64,000 bases of DNA, from positions 5,019 through 69,018 of the forward strand of contig CAYONS010000002.1 of assembly GCA_964405385.1 (NCBI GenBank), read 5' to 3'. The notes beneath the pieces were generated by a model. It was not told the origin of the DNA. It searched no databases and saw only the letters and a list, made by a program, of their open reading frames with translations. This DNA comes from an uncultured Syntrophothermus sp. Lineage in GTDB: Bacteria; Bacillota; Syntrophomonadia; Syntrophomonadales; Syntrophothermaceae. Below, in pieces: positions 35,254 to 45,842 of the stretch. Made by a program: the position numbers and the translations under genes. Numbering within the stretch: position 1 is the first letter of the stretch; each line of letters begins with the position of its first letter.

Positions 35254-36804
35254 CTACCTTACCTTTAACAGGGTACGGATGGTATTAATATCAAGTTCGC
35301 GAATAAGGAACAGGATTCCTCCGTACAGGCACACCCCTATCCCGATGGCGCCTACGGTCGCGTAATACGAATAAAGCCCGTGCGCAACCAGCCAGTGGTA
35401 GGCAAGTTTTACTCCCACTGCCATGAGAACGGTTGCTGCAGCTAATTTCGTTATCCTTCTGGCTTCAAACGTCACCCGGCTCAATTTTTTCAGTTCATAA
35501 AAATTCAAACATGACCCTATAAAGAAAGCCACTACCGTACCGATGGCCGGACCTCTTATCCCTAGAAAAGTGCCCGTGAGATAATAATTAAAAAATACTT
35601 TAAGCGCACCCACAATTACTAGATTCCGGAGCGGAATGTCCGGCCTTGCCAAACCCTGCAAAGAAGAGCTGGACACCTGGAAGGCAGCCAGCACAATGAC
35701 GGAAAAGGCCAAGGGTTCAAGCGGTATGCCTGCTTCCGGACTGGCGAACAAGAGGTCGGTGATCTGCCGGGCAAGCACGTAAAGCCCTGCCGCCGAAGGC
35801 AGGGCAATTAACATTGCCGCACGTATGCCGTTGTTAACCCGCGCCCGCAGCTGGGACCAGTCTTCACGAGCTGCGACCTCGGATACTGCCGGAACCAGAC
35901 TGGTAGCTATGGCTATGGTAAAAATAGTAGGAAGGTTGATGAGAACAGAAGCCATGCCCGATAACTGACCGTAAAGAGCAGTGGCTTGGCTCGTAGAATA
36001 ACCTGAAGCCATGAGCCTAACCGGCACTATGACTGCGTCCAGCATCTGCACCAAAGGAACGACTACCGCCCCGAAGGAAATGGGAACTGCAAGTTTGACA
36101 ACCTGCCAGCCAAGGGCAAGAGGGGGTTCTTTCGAACAAACTGGTTTTTCCGAGACTTTCTTGGTTTGGTTGCGAAAGCGGGCATAAAAATAAAGGAGTA
36201 AGGCAAGTCCCGCTACCCCGCCGACTACTGCCCCAAAAGTAGCGCCTGCGGCCGCGTACTCGAGTCCGCGCGGGAAGAGGAGATAGGCCAGAATAAGCAC
36301 AAAAGTTACCCGAAATACCTGTTCTACAACCTGAGAAACGGCCGTAGGCACCATCCACTGGTGCCCCTGGAAATACCCACGAAAAACCGACATTAATCCG
36401 GCAAAGAAAATAGCGGGGGCCACAGCCATGATGGGGTACTGGGCCCGGGGCTCATGTAAGACGCTGCGGGCCAAAAACCCGGCCCCGTGCCAGACCGCCA
36501 GAGAAAGGAGCAATCCGACTACAGCCAGTCCCGCCAATGAAACCTTGAATATTCGGTTACTGTCTCCCCTTAAGCCCTCGGTCTCTTTTCTCGCTACCAA
36601 AACCGATATGGCCACCGGAACTCCCGCCGTGGCCAAGGCCAAGATGGTCGTATAGATGGGATAGGCCATCTGGTACAGGCCCATCCCTTCTCCCCCTATG
36701 AGCCTTGCCAAAGGTATGCGGTAGACCGCCCCCAAGGCTTTGCTTACTGCTCCGGCCACTGCGAGAATGAAGGCTCCCACCAAAAAATTCTGTTTCCTTA
36801 CCAT
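35254..36804 (-). CDS. MOP-superfamily flippase, SpoVB/YabM-like
   Basis: 516 aa and about 14 TM segments. The N-terminus VGAFILAVAGAVSKALGAVYRIPLARLIG is typical of SpoVB/MurJ-like proteins. The locus corresponds to yabM. Confidence 0.8.
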   Translation of the reverse strand: MVRKQNFLVGAFILAVAGAVSKALGAVYRIPLARLIGGEGMGLYQMAYPIYTTILALATAGVPVAISVLVARKETEGLRGDSNRIFKVSLAGLAVVGLLLSLAVWHGAGFLARSVLHEPRAQYPIMAVAPAIFFAGLMSVFRGYFQGHQWMVPTAVSQVVEQVFRVTFVLILAYLLFPRGLEYAAAGATFGAVVGGVAGLALLLYFYARFRNQTKKVSEKPVCSKEPPLALGWQVVKLAVPISFGAVVVPLVQMLDAVIVPVRLMASGYSTSQATALYGQLSGMASVLINLPTIFTIAIATSLVPAVSEVAAREDWSQLRARVNNGIRAAMLIALPSAAGLYVLARQITDLLFASPEAGIPLEPLAFSVIVLAAFQVSSSSLQGLARPDIPLRNLVIVGALKVFFNYYLTGTFLGIRGPAIGTVVAFFIGSCLNFYELKKLSRVTFEARRITKLAAATVLMAVGVKLAYHWLVAHGLYSYYATVGAIGIGVCLYGGILFLIRELDINTIRTLLKVR

Positions 36805-36893
36805 TGATTCTCCTCCCCGAAACTCTTAGGCCCACAGCTATTAGTTTATCTCCCGCCTCCCAAAAAGGAAACTGTGAAATTAGAGCAGACCAA

Positions 36894-36919
36894 AGAAAAA
36901 CGGCCTTCATCGAAGGCCG
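36894..36919 (-). terminator. intrinsic terminator after spoVT
   Basis: Minus strand: CGGCCTTC-GAT-GAAGGCCG followed by TTTTTCTTT. Confidence 0.6.
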
Positions 36920-36925
36920 CGGGAA

Positions 36926-37492
36926 TTATTGTTCCATCTGTTTGGCTAAGAATCCGGCCGCCGTCTCGGCTAATTTTTGTTCCAGATCTCCCATCCTCGC
37001 TCCCGATTCCTTCGACATTATAATCACCGCTCCTATCGGATCCCCTTGGGAAATTATAGGAGCGATAACCTGGGCGGTTATCTTGCAGTTACCATCCCCC
37101 GATTCCAACACGGGACACCCTTTGCAGTAAGGATGATCCCCAACACCGTTCATAACCACGGCGCGCCGGTCTTCAAGAGTCTTTTCTACGGCAGGACCTA
37201 TGGGTTTGTTTATGAACTCCTTCTTCGGAGCCCCTGCTACCGCGATGACATTATCTCGGTCCGCAATCAAGGCTATCTGGTTGATGGTTTCGTGCAAAGA
37301 GTCTGCGTATTCCTGGGCAAAATCCCCTAATTCGCCTATAGGTGAGTATTTCTTGAGGATGACTTCGCCTTCCCGGTCTACAAAGATCTCCAAGGGGTCG
37401 CCTTCTCGTATGCGCAAGGTTCTCCTTATTTCCTTCGGTATTACTACTCTGCCCAGATCATCTATGCGCCTTACGATACCTGTTGCTTTCAT
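36926..37492 (-). CDS. spoVT: stage V sporulation protein T (AbrB-family regulator with GAF-like domain)
   Basis: 188 aa. MKATGIVRRIDDLGRVVIPKEIRRTLRIREGDPLEIF is a SpoVT/AbrB swapped-hairpin N-terminus. Confidence 0.93.
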   Translation of the reverse strand: MKATGIVRRIDDLGRVVIPKEIRRTLRIREGDPLEIFVDREGEVILKKYSPIGELGDFAQEYADSLHETINQIALIADRDNVIAVAGAPKKEFINKPIGPAVEKTLEDRRAVVMNGVGDHPYCKGCPVLESGDGNCKITAQVIAPIISQGDPIGAVIIMSKESGARMGDLEQKLAETAAGFLAKQMEQ

Positions 37493-37626
37493 CCGGCTCC
37501 CATCCCTCCTTCTCGCGGAAATGACATATAGTTTTTGTTTTCAGTGATAGTATATAACTGAAAATACACCTTTATTCACCTTTTACCGCGGCTTGCTTCC
37601 TTGTCATGCCACATTTCGCTTCTGCT

Positions 37627-40600
37627 TTAGATGGCTTGTAAAATCTCCTCCAGCAGCACCAGGCTATGACTGCCCTCAAACGGCACCGAAATGGTGAATC
37701 TGTCTGAACAGCGCACGGGAACCTTCAGCTTTTGCCCCAAAACCCGGAGTTTGGCTGCGGCCCCGTCGATAGGACGAGCGAGTTTTATCTGCATCATTCC
37801 CCCATCGGTAGAAATGCTCCTTATGTCTTTTCCCCTTGCGGAAACCCGCAGGCGAGAAAGGCGCAAGAAATTCTCGACCGGAGCCGGCAGTTTTCCAAAC
37901 CTTTCTCTCAGCTCTTCCCGGATCTCATCGATTTCCCGGGTACTGGCCGCAAACATGGCTCTGCGGTACATCTGCAGCTTAAGCCCCACGTCTCCCACGT
38001 AATCATCAGGTATGAAGGCATCAACCCTGACATCCACAAGTGTTTCCGGTTCTTTTTCTCGCGGCTGGCCTTTCAACTTGGCCGTCTCTTCCTCCAGCAG
38101 CCGGCAGTACAGGTCAAACCCCAAGGCAGCTATATGCCCGTGCTGCTCTGGTCCCAATATGTTTCCTGCCCCTCTGATTTCCAGGTCCCGCAAGGCTATC
38201 TTCATACCGGACCCGAGTTCGGTGAACTCCCTTATAGCGTTCAGTCTCTTCTGAGCCGCTTCTGTTATCGATTTATCCGGACGGTATGTGAAATAAGCAT
38301 AGGCCAGGCGCCTGGAACGTCCAACCCGTCCCCGCAGTTGGTATAATTGAGCAAGTCCCAGGCGGTCGGCTTCGTCTACAATAAGGGTGTTAACATTCGG
38401 CATGTCCAAACCCGACTCGATGATGGCAGTACAGACCAGCACCTGAAATTCCTGATTGAGAAAACGTTTCATTATATCGGCGAGCTCGGCTTCAGGAACC
38501 CGGCCGTGGGCTATCTCCATTTTGACCTCCGGCACCAGCATCTGCAGATGATCCCGAAAAAGCTCTATGTCCTGTATCCGGTTGTGTACCGCGAAGACCT
38601 GCCCTCCTCTTTCCACCTCAGCCCTAATGGCTTCCCTGATTATGTCCTCGTTGTATTCCAAGACGTATGTCGTGATGGGATAGCGCCCCGGTGGAGGAGT
38701 CTCTATAACCGAAAGGTCCCGAAGACCGGTCAAAGCCATATGAAGGGTCCGGGGAATAGGAGTAGCCGACAAACTCAACACATCTACGGTCTCTTTTAGA
38801 GCTTTTATCCTCTCCTTTTGCCTGACACCGAAACGGTGCTCTTCGTCTACCACCAGCAAGCCCAGATCCTTGAACTGAACGTCTTTTGACAGCAGTCGAT
38901 GGGTACCGATAATTATGTCGATAACACCTTTCTTCAGATCATCCAGGATACGATTCTGCTGGGCAGGAGTCCGGAAACGACTCAACACCTCGATGACAAC
39001 CGGAGTATCCTTGAACCTCTCCCGGCAGGTCTGATAATGCTGTTCAGCCAAGATAGTAGTGGGAACCAGTATCGCCACCTGCTTATGATCCATAACCGCC
39101 TTGAACGCGGCTCTGAGAGCCACTTCTGTCTTGCCATAGCCCACGTCTCCGCAGATCAAACGGTCCATGGGCCGGGGCTTTTCCATGTCCCTTTTCACTT
39201 CCGCCACCGCCCGAAGCTGGTCGGGCGTTTCCTCGTATTCGAAGGCTTCTTCGAATTCCTTCTGCCATACGGTGTCAGGAGAAAAGGCAAAACCGGGAAC
39301 TGTCTGACGCACGGCATATATTCTCAGAAGTTCTTCCGCCATTTCTCGGATCGATTCCCTGACTCGGGCTTTGGTCCTCTCCCAATCTGTTCCCCCGAGT
39401 TTGGAAAGGCGAGGCTCCTTATCATCGGGCCCGTTGTACTTCGTCAATTTTTCCAGCTTATCGACAGGCAGGTACAGACGGTCTCCCCCTGCGTACTGAA
39501 GCACGAGATACTCCTTAGAGACTCCGTCAACCTCCATGCGTGTAACCCCTTGAAGAAGCCCTATGCCGTGATTCTCGTGAACCACGTAGTCGCCTGCCCG
39601 CAGGCCTTCCAAGTCCAAAGTCAGCTTGCCCGCTTCTTTCCGGGATGCAGCTCTTGATCTGGTGGTTTTCTTCCCCCAGATGTCTTTATCCGACAAAACC
39701 GCGGTTTTTAGAGTGGGACTGACGAACCCTTTTTCCAGATTCCATTCGGCAAAGACAACCCCAGGAACACCGGTGCAACCTAGCTCCTGGGCCATCTTAC
39801 TTTTCATTTTCCGGTTTGTGACAGCCACAATCACCGAATAGCCCTGCTCGACCCATTCTTTTATCCGTTTTCTGGCCAACTCTGCCTGACCGAAAAACGG
39901 CTCCATTTCCTTCTGCGATATGTGCTGGTAAACGGACAAAGGCCTAACGCCTGGTTGTCCAGGGAAAAAAACGTGGTGCACGACGGGATGACGGCTAATG
40001 ATATCTTCCATCTCGCTCCAGGACGCAAGCGCAACCGTACCATCCGTCTTGAGCCCCTTAGCCTGAGCGGCCGCCAGTAACTCTTCCATGCGCCGCGCCT
40101 GCCGGGAAAAGCTTCTTTCAATCTCTCGGGGTTCATCTACAAAAACGAGGCTCGAGAAAGACACATAATCGAAAATAGTCGCAGAATATTCTTCCCCCAC
40201 TTCTCTTGCCGGAGCAATAGAAACTGAGCTCAGCTTCTTGCCGGATCTTTGCGTCGCAGGATCAAAATTCCTTATGGTTTCGATCTCGTCTGCCCACAGC
40301 TCCAGCCGAACCGGCTCTTTCTGGTCCACAGGGAAAATATCCAGAACCCCGCCCCGCAAACCAAAGGTCCCGCGGTCAGTTACCACCTGGGACCTCTCAT
40401 AACCGAGTTCTACCAGCTTCTTTAGAACTTGTTCCAGATCTATCTCCTGTTGAGTCCTCAGAGTCAATGTGTTTTGTTGAAGCCCGGCAGGAGACATTAC
40501 TTTGGTCACCAGAGCGCCGGCCGTAGCAACCACCAGCTTCACCGACCGGTTTGCCGTGGCAAGGCGGTTCAAGGTCGTGAGCCGGAGGGTCTTATTGTAC

Positions 40601-40917
40601 GAGTGTTCTCTTCCTTCGTGCCAGAACACCAGGTCGCAAGAAGGAAATAACAGGACCCTATCACCACCGAGAAATCCTTCCATATCGCGCTGAATATCGC
40701 AAGCCTCTTCTTCTGACGGCACCAGGCAGACTAGGGGGCCGCTGGTATTTACCGCCAGCAGGTACAAAAAAAAGCTTTTGGCGCTGCCAGCCAGACCTGA
40801 AATCATTCCTATCTTGCCTGGAACAAGCTCGGTTGTTAGGTTCTTGACTATGTCTATATCAACCTTAAGCTGCAAATCCAACCCTCCACCGTTGCAATGC
40901 CAAAAAGTGGACACCAC
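37627..40917 (-). CDS. mfd: transcription-repair coupling factor
   Basis: 1096-aa ORF with a UvrB-homology N-terminus, an RNAP-interaction domain, DEAD/helicase motifs ([19 protein letters not shown]) and a TRG motif. The true start may be 10-15 codons downstream. Confidence 0.93.
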   Translation of the reverse strand: MVSTFWHCNGGGLDLQLKVDIDIVKNLTTELVPGKIGMISGLAGSAKSFFLYLLAVNTSGPLVCLVPSEEEACDIQRDMEGFLGGDRVLLFPSCDLVFWHEGREHSYNKTLRLTTLNRLATANRSVKLVVATAGALVTKVMSPAGLQQNTLTLRTQQEIDLEQVLKKLVELGYERSQVVTDRGTFGLRGGVLDIFPVDQKEPVRLELWADEIETIRNFDPATQRSGKKLSSVSIAPAREVGEEYSATIFDYVSFSSLVFVDEPREIERSFSRQARRMEELLAAAQAKGLKTDGTVALASWSEMEDIISRHPVVHHVFFPGQPGVRPLSVYQHISQKEMEPFFGQAELARKRIKEWVEQGYSVIVAVTNRKMKSKMAQELGCTGVPGVVFAEWNLEKGFVSPTLKTAVLSDKDIWGKKTTRSRAASRKEAGKLTLDLEGLRAGDYVVHENHGIGLLQGVTRMEVDGVSKEYLVLQYAGGDRLYLPVDKLEKLTKYNGPDDKEPRLSKLGGTDWERTKARVRESIREMAEELLRIYAVRQTVPGFAFSPDTVWQKEFEEAFEYEETPDQLRAVAEVKRDMEKPRPMDRLICGDVGYGKTEVALRAAFKAVMDHKQVAILVPTTILAEQHYQTCRERFKDTPVVIEVLSRFRTPAQQNRILDDLKKGVIDIIIGTHRLLSKDVQFKDLGLLVVDEEHRFGVRQKERIKALKETVDVLSLSATPIPRTLHMALTGLRDLSVIETPPPGRYPITTYVLEYNEDIIREAIRAEVERGGQVFAVHNRIQDIELFRDHLQMLVPEVKMEIAHGRVPEAELADIMKRFLNQEFQVLVCTAIIESGLDMPNVNTLIVDEADRLGLAQLYQLRGRVGRSRRLAYAYFTYRPDKSITEAAQKRLNAIREFTELGSGMKIALRDLEIRGAGNILGPEQHGHIAALGFDLYCRLLEEETAKLKGQPREKEPETLVDVRVDAFIPDDYVGDVGLKLQMYRRAMFAASTREIDEIREELRERFGKLPAPVENFLRLSRLRVSARGKDIRSISTDGGMMQIKLARPIDGAAAKLRVLGQKLKVPVRCSDRFTISVPFEGSHSLVLLEEILQAI

Positions 40918-40943
40918 TTTTCATGGCCTCCACCAACCTCGGG

Positions 40944-41128
40944 CCACAACATTATCAGACGCAGACGCAGATTAACGCAGATTAGCGCAGATTAACCGGG
41001 CCACAGATTAACACAGATTGACACAGATGAGAAACTGATTAGCACTGATCATAAACCATAAACCTCACGGCACCTGGGCCTTACACCAGAGACTGAGAAT
41101 CCATTTAAAAATCAGTGTTCACCTGTGG
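40944..41128. repeat. foldback repeat element, copy C (tandem CAGATTAAC decamers)
   Basis: Left array is CAGACGCAGACGCAGATTAACGCAGATTAGCGCAGATTAACC..CCACAGATTAACACAGATTGACACAGATGAG. The right end is ATCAGTGTTCACCTGTGG in inverted orientation. Confidence 0.8.
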
Positions 41129-41135
41129 TTAAGAC

Positions 41136-41300
41136 TCAGTTGTACAACCACCGGTTACTCACAGGGAAAGACTCCGAACCGTGACCGATCTCCTCCAGGC
41201 AGTCGGCGCACAGCCCGCTTATCTGGGTACAGCCTTCTCCTTCGGCCTCCTCTTCAAGATAAACCTTGTCGCAACATTCGCATACGCGGTAGATCTTCAC
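41136..41300 (-). CDS. fin: anti-sigma-F factor Fin (YabK)-like small Cys-rich protein
   Basis: 54 codons, so not in the ORF track. VKIYRVCECCDKVYLEEEAEGEGCTQISGLCADCLEEIGHGSESFPVSNRWLYN has a CxCC...C..C pattern. It lies between pth and mfd, as fin does in Bacillus. Confidence 0.6.
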   Translation of the reverse strand: MKIYRVCECCDKVYLEEEAEGEGCTQISGLCADCLEEIGHGSESFPVSNRWLYN

Positions 41301-41358
41301 CCGACCAGCCCCCCGTCCCGGTTTGTCTATAGGTTGGCAGGGGAACTGCGGCGTTTAT

Positions 41359-41931
41359 TCAACTTCTTTCTGAAAAATTATACGAACTCATTGCCTTTTC
41401 TATACCCTGTGTGACCCAGCATTCTATCGCATCGGCGGCCCGGGTGATAGCCTCGGATATTGTGTCCTTTTCCTCTTCGGAAAACCGCTCCAACACATAA
41501 TTTACCACGTCTGCCCCAGAGTCAGGCCTCCCGATGCCCACGCGCAGGCGGGCGAAGTCCTGAGTTCCTAGGGCCTTGATGATCGAATCTAACCCTCGAT
41601 GCCCTCCCGAGCTTCCACGGGCCCGTAACCTAATTCTTCCCCGCTCGAGGTCCAAATCATCGCACACAACGATAAGATCCTCCAAGTTCAATTGCCACTT
41701 GGCAAGCAAGGGCTTTACCGCCAGCCCGGAGCGATTCATGTAGGTGAGGGGCTTGGCTATAACCATCTCCCCTCCCTTATGATCCAGCCAGGCCACTACC
41801 GCGTCGTTCATGAATTCCTGTCTGCGTACGCCGTGGCGGCGTGCCAGTTCCTCCACCACCATAAAACCTAGGTTGTGACGGGTTCCCTGATATTCCTTTC
41901 CCGGATTCCCGAGCCCTACGATTAGTTTCAC
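41359..41931 (-). CDS. pth: peptidyl-tRNA hydrolase
   Basis: 190 aa. MKLIVGLGNPGKEYQGTRHNLGF is the Pth signature. Confidence 0.95.
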   Translation of the reverse strand: MKLIVGLGNPGKEYQGTRHNLGFMVVEELARRHGVRRQEFMNDAVVAWLDHKGGEMVIAKPLTYMNRSGLAVKPLLAKWQLNLEDLIVVCDDLDLERGRIRLRARGSSGGHRGLDSIIKALGTQDFARLRVGIGRPDSGADVVNYVLERFSEEEKDTISEAITRAADAIECWVTQGIEKAMSSYNFSERS

Positions 41932-41980
41932 CTGTGCCCTCCCGATTCAACCGTTCGGCCTGACTTCGGCGTTCAGCCCT

Positions 41981-42931
41981 CTAATCGAAAAGCTTGCTGA
42001 CCGAAAGGTCCTCATGGATGCGTATTATAGCCTCCCCGATAAGAGGAGCCATGGAAAGTATCACCATGTTGGGAAGCTTTTTCTCTGGAGGAACCGGTAT
42101 CGTGTTGGTGATAACAATTTCTTTTATCGGTGCTTCTCTCATTCGCTCTATGGCCGGGCCTGAGAATACGGGGTGAGTGCAGCAGGCATACACTTCCTTG
42201 CTCCCCATGTCCATCATGACCTTAGCTGCACTGGCTATGGTTCCGCCCGTGTCTATGATGTCATCGATGATAATCACCGACTTCCCGGCAACGTCGCCGA
42301 TGACGTTCATGATTTCCGACACATTGGGCTCCGGCCGCCTCTTGTCTATGATGGCTATCGTCGCTCCCAGCCGCTCGGCCAGGTCTCTGGCCCTTCTAAC
42401 CCCGCCCACATCAGGCGAAAGGACAACTACGTCTTCGCCTAACCCTTTGCTCTTGAAATACTCGGCTATGGTAGGAACCCCCAGAAGGTGATCCACGGGT
42501 ATGTCAAAGAACCCCTGTATCTGCCCGGCATGAAGATCGACTGTCACTACACGGTCAGCTCCCGCTGTGGTGATTAGGTTAGATATCAGCTTGGCAGTGA
42601 TGGGGTCGCGAGCCCTGGTCTTGCGGTCCTGACGGGCGTAGCCGTAGTACGGTATAACCGCATTTATTCGCGCGGCCGATGCCCGGCGAAAAGCGTCGAT
42701 CATTATCAAAAGTTCCATTAAATTCTCGTTAGCGGGCGGACAGGTAGGCTGGAGCACAAATACGTCAACACCGCGGACACTTTCGTCTATCGCAACGCTA
42801 ATCTCCCCGTCTATGAACCTCCTTACCTTGGCATCACCGATATGAATCCCTAAATAGTCGGCCACCTCTTGGGCTAATGAGACGTGTGCCGTGCCGGTAA
42901 AAAGTTTCATCCTCCACCTGGAAGCATTCAT
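41981..42931 (-). CDS. prs: ribose-phosphate pyrophosphokinase
   Basis: 316 aa. Contains [10 protein letters not shown] and the PRPP-binding loop [13 protein letters not shown]. Confidence 0.95.
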   Translation of the reverse strand: MNASRWRMKLFTGTAHVSLAQEVADYLGIHIGDAKVRRFIDGEISVAIDESVRGVDVFVLQPTCPPANENLMELLIMIDAFRRASAARINAVIPYYGYARQDRKTRARDPITAKLISNLITTAGADRVVTVDLHAGQIQGFFDIPVDHLLGVPTIAEYFKSKGLGEDVVVLSPDVGGVRRARDLAERLGATIAIIDKRRPEPNVSEIMNVIGDVAGKSVIIIDDIIDTGGTIASAAKVMMDMGSKEVYACCTHPVFSGPAIERMREAPIKEIVITNTIPVPPEKKLPNMVILSMAPLIGEAIIRIHEDLSVSKLFD

Positions 42932-42933
42932 GG

Positions 42934-44340
42934 TTACTCCTCCCCCTCACCTAATCCTTCTTCGCGCCGCTGGTTTTTCCTCTTCGCCAACCCCTCGATA
43001 TTTTTCTGCTTGGCCCTCTCAACCGCCAAAGCTCCGGGGGGAACCTCCTTGGTTATGGTCGATCCGGCACCGGTTATCGCTCCCCGCCCGATCCTCACTG
43101 GCGCAACCAGGTTAGTGTTGCTGCCGATGAAGGCCTCGTCTTCGATAACTGTGAGATGCTTGTACCGGCCGTCGTAGTTGCACGTAATCGTCCCTGCCCC
43201 TATGTTAACCCGCTTTCCTACCTGGGCATCTCCTACATATGCCAGGTGGGGAACTTTGCTCCCATCGCCGATTACCGACTTCTTGATTTCCACGAAGTCT
43301 CCAACTTTTACCCCCTGCCCGAGAACGGTTCCGGGCCTTATATACCCGAACGGGCCTATATTGCAGCCGTCACCGACTTCACACTCCATCAGTTTAGATC
43401 TTTCTATAATCACGCCATCTCCGACCACCGATTCGATGATATGAGTCCCTGGGCCTATGACACAGCCGCTCCCGATGCGCGTGCTACCCTCGATGATGGT
43501 AAACGGGTAGATGATCGTGTCTGTGCCCACCTCGACTTCGGCGTCGATGAACGTGGAATCCGGATCCAGCATGGTTACACCGTTATTCATCAGCTCCCGG
43601 TTTTTCCTCTGTCGCATGATCTTTTCAGCATAAGCCAACTGCACCCGGTCATTTATCCCGTAGACTTCTTCGGCAACGGGATGAAAGAACACTTCCACCT
43701 TCAGTCCTTTTTTCATCATGATGGGAAGAACATCGGTAAGGTAGTATTCTTTCTGGGCGTTGTCAGGTTTCACCTCTTTTAAAGCTTGAAAGACCGCCTG
43801 CGCTTCAAAACAGTACAGGCCTGAATTTATTTCATCTACAGACTTGATCTCGTCGGTAGCATCCTTTTCCTCCACTATCCGTTCGAGTCGACCTTCTTCA
43901 TCGCGGATAATTCTGCCATAGCCCACGGGATCCGCAAGTCTGGTGCTCAAAACCGTGGCCTGCGCCTGCCGCTCCCTGTGGTAGCTGAGAAGAGCACAAA
44001 GGGTATCGGCCTTCAGAAGCGGGGTATCTCCGCACAGAACCAACACCGTATCCGACGGGTCAACCAGCTTCTCGGCTTGCATCAAAGCATGTCCGGTACC
44101 CAGCTGTTCCTCCTGCACCACGAACTCCAGTCCCTTGCCGTCTAGGGCCTTTTCTACCTGTTGCCTTCCGTGCCCCAGCACCAGGATTATCCTCGGAATT
44201 CCCGCCCGGCGGGCCGCTGCCACCACGTGCATCACCATGGGCTGCCCGGCAACTTTGTGCATGACCTTGGGATATTCCGACTTCATTCTCACTCCTTTGC
44301 CTGCGGCCAAAATAACCGCAACCTCAGCCAATCTCCTCAC
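42934..44340 (-). CDS. glmU: bifunctional UDP-N-acetylglucosamine pyrophosphorylase / glucosamine-1-phosphate N-acetyltransferase
   Basis: 468 aa with an [12 protein letters not shown] nucleotidyltransferase motif and C-terminal left-handed beta-helix hexapeptide repeats. Confidence 0.95.
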   Translation of the reverse strand: MRRLAEVAVILAAGKGVRMKSEYPKVMHKVAGQPMVMHVVAAARRAGIPRIILVLGHGRQQVEKALDGKGLEFVVQEEQLGTGHALMQAEKLVDPSDTVLVLCGDTPLLKADTLCALLSYHRERQAQATVLSTRLADPVGYGRIIRDEEGRLERIVEEKDATDEIKSVDEINSGLYCFEAQAVFQALKEVKPDNAQKEYYLTDVLPIMMKKGLKVEVFFHPVAEEVYGINDRVQLAYAEKIMRQRKNRELMNNGVTMLDPDSTFIDAEVEVGTDTIIYPFTIIEGSTRIGSGCVIGPGTHIIESVVGDGVIIERSKLMECEVGDGCNIGPFGYIRPGTVLGQGVKVGDFVEIKKSVIGDGSKVPHLAYVGDAQVGKRVNIGAGTITCNYDGRYKHLTVIEDEAFIGSNTNLVAPVRIGRGAITGAGSTITKEVPPGALAVERAKQKNIEGLAKRKNQRREEGLGEGEE

Positions 44341-44352
44341 CCCATTATTGCT

Positions 44353-45132
44353 TTATGGTCTGCTAACTCCCAGTATCCTTTCCGCCAGCCACAGATCACT
44401 CGGCTTGTCCACATCAACGCCCACTTCAGCAAAAGGAGATATTACGGCCCGCCCGCGGATACCCACAACCCGGTAAAACCTTTCTTCAGCATCGGGTATG
44501 GTAAGGCGGCCCGTCAAGTATTTCCAAACCAAGCCAAACCCGAGAAGGCGAGCCAGTTTAAGGGGGTTCTTGCGCCTGGCCACAAACTGTTTAGCCACAG
44601 CAATGCAGCTTTCAACCCTGTCACTTCTGATGACAAACAGGTTGCCTCCGGTAAAAATGCCTTCCTTGAGTTTCACGTAGGTGCGTTTCACTCCAGGAAA
44701 CCGCTTTTCGTTCACTTCCTTGCTGACAATAGAGTAAAAGAAATCGGCTTCTTGGGCCTCACATCTGGACAAGAAATCGTCTATGGCTTCGCTCGTTATA
44801 AACGGTATGTCGGTAGGCAGGACCAGTAGCCGCTCCGTTACCTCCCGGGCACCGAGTTCCTTTATTCCATTGGCCAGACTGTCTATGGAATCCTGTCCAG
44901 GCTCGGCAAAATAAAGATTTTCTTCCTTTTTGAATATCTCCTCCAGAGACTGCCTGGGCCCCACAATGACGATGTTTCGTATCCGCTGAGAAGCCCTCAC
45001 CGCGCGGTAAACGTAGTAAACCATAGGGTAGCTGCCGATAACGATCAAGGCTTCGCTATCGAAAGGCGCATATTTTTTGAGTTCCTCTGAGTTAACCCCT
45101 CCTGCGAGAATAACTGCGTCGTATTGCTGCAT
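44353..45132 (-). CDS. MobA-like NTP-transferase domain protein
   Basis: MQQYDAVILAGGVNSEELKKY is a nucleotidyltransferase G-loop. The start is trimmed to ATG 45130-45132. Confidence 0.65.
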   Translation of the reverse strand: MQQYDAVILAGGVNSEELKKYAPFDSEALIVIGSYPMVYYVYRAVRASQRIRNIVIVGPRQSLEEIFKKEENLYFAEPGQDSIDSLANGIKELGAREVTERLLVLPTDIPFITSEAIDDFLSRCEAQEADFFYSIVSKEVNEKRFPGVKRTYVKLKEGIFTGGNLFVIRSDRVESCIAVAKQFVARRKNPLKLARLLGFGLVWKYLTGRLTIPDAEERFYRVVGIRGRAVISPFAEVGVDVDKPSDLWLAERILGVSRP

Positions 45133-45149
45133 TTCTTCCCACCCCCAAC

Positions 45150-45842
45150 TCACTTGAGGTCGAACCCATTTCTACGCAAAGCCTCCAGCATGCTGTTCTC
45201 CGCGTTCTCTATGTGTTCTTGAGCCAGTTGCTGAGCTAAAGCCGCGTTCCTCTCGGAAATGGCTTCCACAATCTTCTTATGTTCCTCCAAAGCCTCTCTC
45301 ATGCGGCCAGGATAGGCCAGGGAAGTGCTGCGAAAACGTTGTATCTGTTCCCTCAAATTCTGGAGTATCTGTTCAAGCTTCAGGTTGCGGCTGGCCTTGT
45401 ACAAAGCCTCGTGAAACAGGGTATCCATCTCCACCACTTCTTCAAAGCGGTTGGCCTCGATGTACTCGCCGATCCGCACCAGTAACCTTTCCATTTCCTC
45501 CAGCTCTTCGGCGGTGATCCTCTCCGCCGCCAACCCGGCGGCCAGCGCCTCCATAGCTGCCCTTACCTCAAACACGTCGGCAATGTCCTTCAAAGAAATC
45601 CCGGCAACATATGCCCCTTTGCGAGGGATCATGACCACGAACCCCTCTAGTTCCAGCTTTCTTATGGCCTCCCGTACCGGCGTGCGGGAAACGCCTAACT
45701 GTTCCGCCAATTGAATCTCCATCATCCTTTCTCCCGGTTTTAAAGTCCCGTTGATGATGGCCTCCCGAAGCGTTTCAAACACGACTTCCCGCAACGGCTT
45801 ATAACTGTCCAGCTTCACAGGAATAAGTCTTCTCTCCGGCAT
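45150..45842 (-). CDS. GntR-family transcriptional regulator (FadR/FCD subfamily)
   Basis: Winged HTH (EIQLAEQLGVSRTPVREAIRKLELEGFV) plus a helical FCD domain. The start is trimmed to ATG 45840-45842, which follows a GGTGAGGGGAAAG SD. Confidence 0.85.
   Translation of the reverse strand: MPERRLIPVKLDSYKPLREVVFETLREAIINGTLKPGERMMEIQLAEQLGVSRTPVREAIRKLELEGFVVMIPRKGAYVAGISLKDIADVFEVRAAMEALAAGLAAERITAEELEEMERLLVRIGEYIEANRFEEVVEMDTLFHEALYKASRNLKLEQILQNLREQIQRFRSTSLAYPGRMREALEEHKKIVEAISERNAALAQQLAQEHIENAENSMLEALRRNGFDLK

Noticed and set aside
41181-41414. 77-aa plus-strand ORF between mfd and pth.
   Set aside because: It overlaps the minus-strand fin-like ORF and the 3' end of pth in antisense. 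The fin-like reading has the expected synteny and Cys pattern.
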